Source of the DNA: Bigelowiella natans CCMP2755
Lineage: Eukaryota > Protista > Cercozoa
Direction of reading: 5' to 3'
NCBI GenBank assembly: GCA_000320545.1
Contig: ADNK01000771.1
Coordinates: 1-41,657, forward strand
DNA length: 41,657 nucleotides
Below, piece after piece: positions 34,030-41,657 of the stretch. Under the pieces are notes generated by a model. It made no database searches and was not told the DNA's origin. It worked only from the letters and a program-made list of their open reading frames with translations. How positions within the stretch are numbered: the first letter of the stretch is position 1; each line of letters begins with the position of its first letter. The translations under genes and the position numbers were made by a program.

Positions 34030-34640
34030 TTATAAAATTGTCCTGCGTATGATTTTTCGTGAAGCTTTTCGTCGCAGGGACAAAATCCATTTAGGAAAGT
34101 CGTTCGACTGAGTTGTCGCAGGGACAAAATCCAGACCAACTTCGGGCTGCTTTTGAGCACCGTTCATCGGATCAGTACAGAAGAATGGGCCGTCTTTTCC
34201 GAAGGGCATTCTCTGATGGGGGGCGGAGAGCTGGTCATATATTAACAATAACAACACTTTCCGGGGCATGTTGATGCACACAAGCGTTCTAGCACATTTG
34301 CCAAATTTCGTTTTTCCGCAGGGAAGTTGGAGCGCCAAAAAGACGTGCTGAGGTCGGTGACCCCTACAACCCTCCTAAGCTCGGGGACTACTAAAGTACC
34401 AGCTTTGACGAAGCAGGAGTGTGGTGGAGACGAGGATCTCCTCGCCTCACTCCAATCTGCAGTTGTTGACTCGATGCTGGACATTTGGGGTACTGCTCAC
34501 CAGTGCACGTTGAGCAGCATGAACATACATTCGCGCGTGGATCTTAAAGCTTCACCGCCTTATCTTTGTATCGTTGCCGCTACCTTGTCAGGCGTTCGAC
34601 AACCTGTTGGTCCCTTAATGAACCTCCAATCTTCCATCCG
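34030..34640 (-). CDS. Possible small hypothetical gene
   Basis: Candidate terminal exon after catcag (RMPFGKDGPFFCTDPMNG...RKIIRRTIL*) and upstream GT/AG-bounded open segments. The strand is not secure. Confidence 0.25.
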
Positions 34641-34722
34641 TGGGTTGAGGGGTACGATGAAATTCTTAGTTAAATTGCGATGCGTTCGTGTTTAGAAGCT
34701 ACCATACCTACCTCAGTGCTAT

Positions 34723-34798
34723 TATTTATATGTCTCCCTACCAAATCTTAATGTAATAGCTATTTATATGTCTCCCTGCCAAATCTTAATGTAATAAC
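34723..34798. repeat. 38-bp tandem duplication
   Basis: TATTTATATGTCTCCCT(A/G)CCAAATCTTAATGTAATA(G/A)C x2. Confidence 0.9.
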
Positions 34799-34976
34799 CC
34801 TATCGCAGGTGTATTTTCCACTAGCAATTTGGTGGTAATGGCAGCCAGTAGTGCACAATACATAAGCTAACATGTAAATGGTAGAGCATGCACTATTTTC
34901 TCATATGCTGCTGATGCTGCTGATAGTGATTGGATATCTCTGGTGGTCGATAGTAAAAATTATGTGTTACTACTAA

Positions 34977-36696
34977 ATGCAGCCAGTTGTTCTCGGCCGT
35001 CCGTTCGATTTCGACCTGGGCGACACCGTAAACAACAATCAAAAAGAGGGGGGGCAGAATCAGATGCGAAATCGAAGCAAAGCTACAGCCCCGTCGTTCC
35101 TGAACTTCAACGTGATTAAGGTCGCCCATCCTTTCATTGGAGTAGGAGAAGAACGAATATCAGTGATTACATAATTTTTCTTTCTTCCTCTTCTTTCCAA
35201 CACATGCCGATTTCACCCCAATCACTTGAGGAACCAATCCGAGTAGATCAAAGTTAGTTGTTTCTCTGTTCTTTTTTACTCCGATATATTATCCAATAGC
35301 TCCTGCTTTTTCGACGCATCATAGCTACTTATATTGCACTACTACCACTACTACTACCACTACTATATCCGCAAAGGTTGATATGGAACACGTTGCAGAA
35401 GCTGATATTAAGGTAGCAAGGGTGATAGATAGTAGAAGACAACCGAGTAGGAAGATCGACGAGAGAGCGAAGAAGAAATGATCCTTCCTCAAGACAGGGT
35501 TGGCGGTGACGGGAAGGGACTTACACAACATGAGTCAACACATAAATTGGTTCATCATGTACCAGTCTGCAGTCGAGGAGGTTCGGACGATGGCGGGCAG
35601 GAATGGCATCGCCACCTGCATTGTCACGGAAGGCTTTTCTCCAGCAAATCTTGAGGAAGAGCTCAAAAACGCTGGTAATAGAAAAAGCGACCACGGATGA
35701 TCAGCAAGATGAGTAACGAAGGAGAACAAAAATGAAGGAGTGAATAATGTCGAACAACGACACGAAGCAAACTAATAACGGCATGTTGTTGGGTGTGAGT
35801 AAACACCTGCCGACCACTACTGCCTTCCTGCTCCTCCTCCTCCTCCTCCTCCTCCTCCTCCTCCACATTTGTTTTTTGCTTTTGAGATAAACCATCAAAG
35901 ATATTTCTTCGCATCGTTGAAACATAACAAAGCAGCGCTACGATTGCTTTCCTTCTCTTGATATCGAATCAACCCTGTTTGCAGGCTTCGAGCTGGCAGC
36001 TTCACAATGGGGTTTGGCAAAAATCCTGCAACCACCCCTCAATAACGTCGACAACAGCAATAGTAGCAGCAGTAGCAGCAGTAGCAGCAGCATAGGTCAA
36101 CTAGAGGACGGAGAGGAAGAGGAGCAAGGGAATGTGGAGGGGGCTGAAGAGGGTGGAGAAGTACAAGGTGATGATGCAAGCAACAACACTGCTGCTCGGC
36201 GGCAGCGACGGCGTCCTCTTTCTTCATCTCCTGCTCAAATGCAGTGTTGTGCATCATCATCGTCAAAGGGGGGGCAGGAAAGATCATCTAGCATGCAGCT
36301 GAGAGAACAGCAGTACATAATTAGAAAGGTGACTACTGTCTTAGCTTCCTCCCCCCCCCCCCTTTCCCCCTTCTCCTCGGCACAAATGCTACACACCAGC
36401 AGCAGTTTATGAGCACGTGTCTAATAATGATAATAACTTAGGCTATTGCTTCCGACGAAGAGAAGGTACGGAGGCTTTGGCGAACGGAGATTGTACCCGG
36501 CGAGGACGTTGTGACGTGGATGCAGTGCACAGAGAACCGACCCTTTTATGAGTCGTACGTAGCGGAAGATAGGGATACAGCTGACATTGTGCGTGCGTTG
36601 TTGTAGTAGTAGTAGTAGTAGTAGTAGTAGTACCGACAGTGACAATAACCAATATCTCATAAGAGTCTCTGTGTCGCTGTGTGTGTATATGTGTGC

Positions 36697-36754
<58 letters not shown>

Positions 36755-37094
36755 CTCCTCCACCTCTCTTCTCTCGCTAGACAGCACTGTTAAATTCATC
36801 ATAATCATCGCAACCCACACCTATCCACCCATCCACCCATCCGCCTATCCACCCACCAGGTTGCTTCTGGGGCCATGATTCGGTACAGCAGTGAGATATT
36901 CGTGCTTGCAACCGCAATCACGGACTATCGATATCGTCATAGAGGTGATGGTGGTGGCTGCTGCAGCACGTATTATTCATGTTTGCAGCTTGGAGAACAA
37001 GAAGAAGAAGAAGAAGAAGAATAGAGGAGGGAGGGGAAGAAGCTGTTAGCGGTGATGGGATGAATCTTCACTTTCTTCTCCTCCTCCGCCTTCG

Positions 37095-37128
<34 letters not shown>

Positions 37129-37845
37129 GATCCGGACTCTGGCTTTTTAAAAGGAATCTACTCATCACTGACCAAAGCGCGGATTGAGGAGGCCATAGAG
37201 GAGGGGGCGAAGGCGATTGTTGTCCAGGTGCTGGCATCTTCTTTGCTGCTGCTGTTACATATTACTCTTGCTGCTGCCCGTAAGATCTTGTTCTTGTGTG
37301 CGTATTGATCCCCTCCCCCGCTGTCCCTCTTTCTTCTCTTCTCTTCTTTCACAAAAAGGCGGACGATACCACCTCAGCGCCAATATTGTGTCACAAAATG
37401 GTCGCACAACCCACCCGCCCCAAATCAACAACCATCAGATATATCGAGCGCACGCACAAAATGCATGCCTTTGCTTTCCATGATTCCTATTACTAATAAG
37501 TGCTCCTGATGCCATACGAGATGCTGCGATATGCACGGGATTAATACGTTGAACATGGTTCTAGCGCTCCCTTCATTCTCCTCTCTTCATTCTCCTCTCT
37601 TCCTCTCTCTCTTCCTCTTCTTCCATTTTGCATCAAAGAAGCGCACACACACACACGCACGCACACTCACATATTTATAGGGTTTCCATGATGTTCTTGG
37701 GCAGCCGATGAGAGTATACGTACGATATAGCCAATGGCCTGTGTGTGCCGCTGCAATGCTCATTAGACATTGTTTAGACGAGATCTCATCCCTTGTAGAC
37801 AGTGCCTATAGGCTTATTTTGAAAGGAAGAAGAAAGCCTAGATGA
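34977..37845 (+). CDS. GNAT-family N-acetyltransferase, multi-exon (start uncertain)
   Basis: In-phase exons 36442-36588, 36860-36944, 37154-37227, 37359-37400 and 37681-37845 give IFVLATAITDYRYRHRG|IYSSLTKARIEEAIEEGAKAIVVQ|ADDTTSAPILCHKM|GF, which contains the GNAT acetyl-CoA-binding motif A and the C-terminal GF motif. Confidence 0.78.
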
Positions 37846-38527
37846 TGACGACGACGACGATAGAAAAAAAAAGTTAAATCATTACTGTCCAGGGTGGCAC
37901 TCAGCCGTTGCTGTAATATCTTTGCTCTACATATTGTGGCTTCACCCGCACGCCGTGCGCATGGATAACTGCTTAGTGGCAGGCAAGGTGAAATATCGGA
38001 TAGGACAGAATGAACGTACTGCAAACATCACTTGAACGATACAAGTAAGCACAACCTCTAGCAATGCACGTGTTGCTGCCAGTCATGGAACAATAATAAC
38101 TGTAGGGCGCACCAATAAGATATCTTCTTATAGTCTGAGTAGGGCCTATACTCACTAAATATGGTTAATTATCACATTACATGTACAAAATCTAGAAAGG
38201 CTAGATGCACAAATTGCGCACATCCTGCGCGATCGCATCGAGAAGTGAAATATGTACGGTGCGTGTGTGTGAATTATATATAATTTTTTCATTAACTTCA
38301 TACATGCGCTAAATTAGCTGCGCGCAATTAGTAGACGAAATGGAAGAATATATATGCCTGAAATTCTCTCCAGTAAAAAAGAGAACGCTTATGTTTCTGG
38401 ATAACAAGGTGCCCCAATGAGCTAGCTAATATGCATCGACGCATGAAATCGACATCCAACCAAGTAATAATGATCACATGTCAAGAGAAACAAGGCAATC
38501 AATCAAATAGAACGATATAGTTTAGCT

Positions 38528-38728
38528 TCATACAAGGTTGCTTATGAAGTTCCGCATCTTTGCCGTCCCTTCGGCGCCTTCTTTTGCAAGCAGTGGCCAT
38601 CCTGAAGCCCAGATGTGCATTGCTCTAGGAACGTACATCACATACATGCATGAGATGGTATTTCCCGCTCTATTAGGATCCGCTCACATGCAGCAAATTG
38701 ATTGATTTTACACAGGAGCATACACCCG

Positions 38729-38764
<36 letters not shown>

Positions 38765-39827
38765 ATGTGTGCGAATATACACATATTTTTTTAAATTTGT
38801 ACACACACCTGGTATCCTCCACATGGGTACACATATCCGGCTTGAGCCTGATAGTGAAAAATACAGATAGCACGACGAGAAGGAGGGCAACAACAATAAA
38901 CAACTAGAATAACGACAACAACTGTTCTATGCAGTTCAACACCGATGTTCTCCCACCACATTCCGACATCATCCATATTATTGTTATTATCACATTCCGA
39001 CATCATCCATATTATTGTTATTATTATCAGTATGATTATGTTAATAATGATACTGCCACCACCTTTTCACAAACATCTTAATCTGGGGACTCAGTATCTC
39101 ACGCCCTCCGGAGAATACGAGTGTCTTTGGTAGTCGGCTAAGCTGTTGTGTGTTTGCTCGCATCACTGATACAAGCGGATGTGAGACGGAGAACCGACTG
39201 CTACTGCTGCTGCTGCTGCTGCTGCTGCTGTTGATTCCATTGCTACTAGTGGTGCTGCTGCTACTATTCTGATGATCATCACTTCTGCTATACTTGTTCT
39301 CCCCCACCTCCCCCTCATATGTTTCAGGTCCCTTCGTCTGCTCACAGTTTTTCTCCTCCCCCTCTTCTTCTCTCTCACGGCTGCCGTAGACGTAGCTTCG
39401 ACTCATTTCAGCCAATTCTGAGAACAACAGAGAGATGAGGTGATAAATAATAAGATGACAACGGTGCGATATCGATATATAACAGTTCATAAGGGATTAC
39501 GTTAGGATTGGGGGGGGGGGGCCTTTCTCTCGCATAGAAACGGAGAAAACGCACAGAAAACACACACACACGCGCGCGCGCGCGCGTACACGTACACGTC
39601 TACAAGTGCATCATCATATGCAACCCCTAATGTTGTCCTTGGTGACAAGCATGATGATGGCGGGGAGAGCTGTAAATCGAGACTTACTACTTTGATGGGG
39701 TTGTCGGCAGCCTAACTAGGTGAATGGTGATGAGGATGCTGCTGCCGCAGCTACCTTGTTTTCTGAGAAAATCCGCATATTTCGTACTTTCCAGGTGTGC
39801 ACTGGGGAGGCTAGCAGTACGAACAAA

Positions 39828-39859
<32 letters not shown>

Positions 39860-39884
39860 CTGGCATTCGCCTTCGAGTTACATC

Positions 39885-39925
<41 letters not shown>

Positions 39926-40223
39926 TCTCCCTCCTCTTTCTCTCTCTCGCACACACGGATATTGATTATCTGTGTGTGTAGGCGTGCATGCTTACCATGA
40001 ATCTGCGATCACGGCTAAATGCTTGCTACTGTGCTAAGGAGGCTTCTAGCACCGCGGCAGTACTCAAACGGCAAATGACGACGACAACAACATACTACTA
40101 CTGGTACTGCATGAACCTTTCTCCGGAAGGATCAACCCAGGGAGAGATCAGGATCAACCCATCTGCAGATCTTAAGCTTTCTTCTTGCGCACGGAGTAGA
40201 ACTGCAACCGACAGCCCTCCTGC

Positions 40224-40255
<32 letters not shown>

Positions 40256-40532
40256 GTACACTTGTGTGTGTGTGTGTGTTTGTGCGCTTAGAACACGACA
40301 GGTAGTAGTAGTAGCAGTTTGAGAAGAAGAATAAGTTCAATGTTACGTTACTCCTACTACTACTCCTCCTCCATCATATTTCCTACTGCTACCACTGCCG
40401 CTCCTACTACTACCCCCGGCTGAGTCTCCTGCAAGGACGATGCTACGTGAGCAGTGAAACAACGCCCATTTGTAGACTTCCAGAGCCTTTAGTTTCGCAT
40501 TACCGAATAATCGAAGACCAGCCACAACACCA

Positions 40533-40568
<36 letters not shown>

Positions 40569-41181
40569 AAATACAAGCAAGCATATTCATACACGGCTTT
40601 ATTAGATCCAAGTACATCATAAATGTGCGAGATGTAAAGGCTGTTGTTCGTCAGCATCATCACCATCATCATCATCCCTTTCTCAGCTGTATATCATATT
40701 ATGCTATTCATCATTTGCAAGTAGTAATAGTAATATTAGTAGCAGCAGCAGCAGTTCCAGCAACAAATTACCTGGTTCAGCGCTACAGGAAACTTGTATT
40801 CAGGAGCGAGACTATACTCAACCTTTTAGAGGAGGAGGAGGAAAATAAAGAAGAGAAAACGCAAAGGACATGATAAGAAAGGGAGGGGGGCGCACAAACA
40901 TCATCCATTTCCATCGCCGTCGCATTCAAAATTATGATGATTTTCCAGAAGGACAGGTGCATGAAGTGTGATCTGTCCTCCCTCCTCCTCCCCCCTATTC
41001 TTCTTCTTTTTCTTCATGATCCTCATCTCTCCTCCCATGACAGCGACTACTACTACTACTACTACTACCGAGAGGATGCCGAAGGGTACGTCTGGGCGGT
41101 GCTTGCGCATTTCGAGGCACAACTTATAGAACTGCGGTAGGTACATCTCTGCATTACCTTGAATAGTTACGACGACGACAC

Positions 41182-41216
<35 letters not shown>

Positions 41217-41657
41217 AAGCGGAGGAGGAGGTTGCTTCCTAATCATTGTCATTACAATAATGCAGTAACGAAATGCTAGCTGTGTATTATACTGATCGCC
41301 TCATACTCGACGACACGCATCTATAGATAAACATGTGCATAATATACACACAGTACCAATGCAGTAGGCCCCTCCGTGGAAGTAGAGAACAAGGTTCACG
41401 TCCTGCGGGTTGTGTGCCTCATCTAGCGAGAAGAACGTACAGGGTACGCCATGGCAGCTCAGCGCCTTGCAATATCTGAGATGCATCAAAAGAAAGAGAG
41501 AAGAAAGAAGAAGAAGAGGGCGGTTAGACAGCAGCATTCATGATCGCAGCACGAAGAACAAAGCACACACAACAAATAATCGAATATAGTAAAGACATGT
41601 GCCTATTTCATAACGATGGAATAGGCGGGAGGACTCTGGCGAAAGGGGGGGGGGGGG
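38528..41657 (-). CDS. Hormone-sensitive lipase (alpha/beta hydrolase_3) family esterase, 5' part beyond the window
   Basis: VLYFHGGAYCIG (about 41355-41400), VEYSLAPEYKFPVALNQ (about 40770-40820), IVLAGDSAGG (about 40415-40490), LILISPWVD (about 40110-40200), LPKTLVFSGGREIL (about 39065-39190), MHIW catalytic-His region and stop at 38528-38530. Confidence 0.88.
39571..39586. repeat. (CG)8 alternating tract within a CA/CG run in a lipase intron
   Basis: CACACACACACGCGCGCGCGCGCGCGTACAC read directly. Confidence 0.85.

Noticed and set aside
34071-34133. 19-bp direct repeat GTCGCAGGGACAAAATCCA (34071-34089, 34115-34133) as a CRISPR-like array or TSD
   Set aside because: Only two copies with a 25-bp spacer, no cas genes, and a eukaryotic context.
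37846-38527. TpA depletion at the GNAT/lipase convergent junction
   Set aside because: TA is abundant here; recorded as a counter-example to the convergent-junction pattern.
1-41657. Nucleomorph or prokaryotic origin of the window
   Set aside because: Introns are about 50-300 bp GT-AG rather than 18-21 nt, GC is moderate, microsatellites are abundant, and petC carries a full bipartite leader, all indicating host nuclear DNA.

Overview
This is gene-dense, intron-rich (GT-AG) eukaryotic nuclear DNA, most likely from a chlorarachniophyte alga. The petC precursor has a bipartite signal plus transit peptide and, from memory, resembles Bigelowiella natans PetC; that needs a BLAST check. About 13 genes can be traced by hand: BUD23, an intronless WD40 gene, a secreted EEP-family hydrolase, a membrane RING-H2 ligase, petC, a 16-exon mevalonate kinase, a DOT1-like methyltransferase, a GNAT acetyltransferase, an HSL-family esterase and several hypothetical genes. 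They sit almost entirely in alternating head-to-head pairs. The main discovery candidate is a repeat-associated hypermutation signature that mirrors fungal RIP. Transposon-derived intergenic islands have lost nearly all TpA dinucleotides (none in 6101-7028). Copy-to-copy comparisons, converted (TA)n tails and Tyr->Cys/His changes polarise the change as TpA->TpG/CpA (A:T->G:C), and CTAG/TAG contexts are relatively spared. All counts were made by eye. The mechanism and the novelty are untested inferences.
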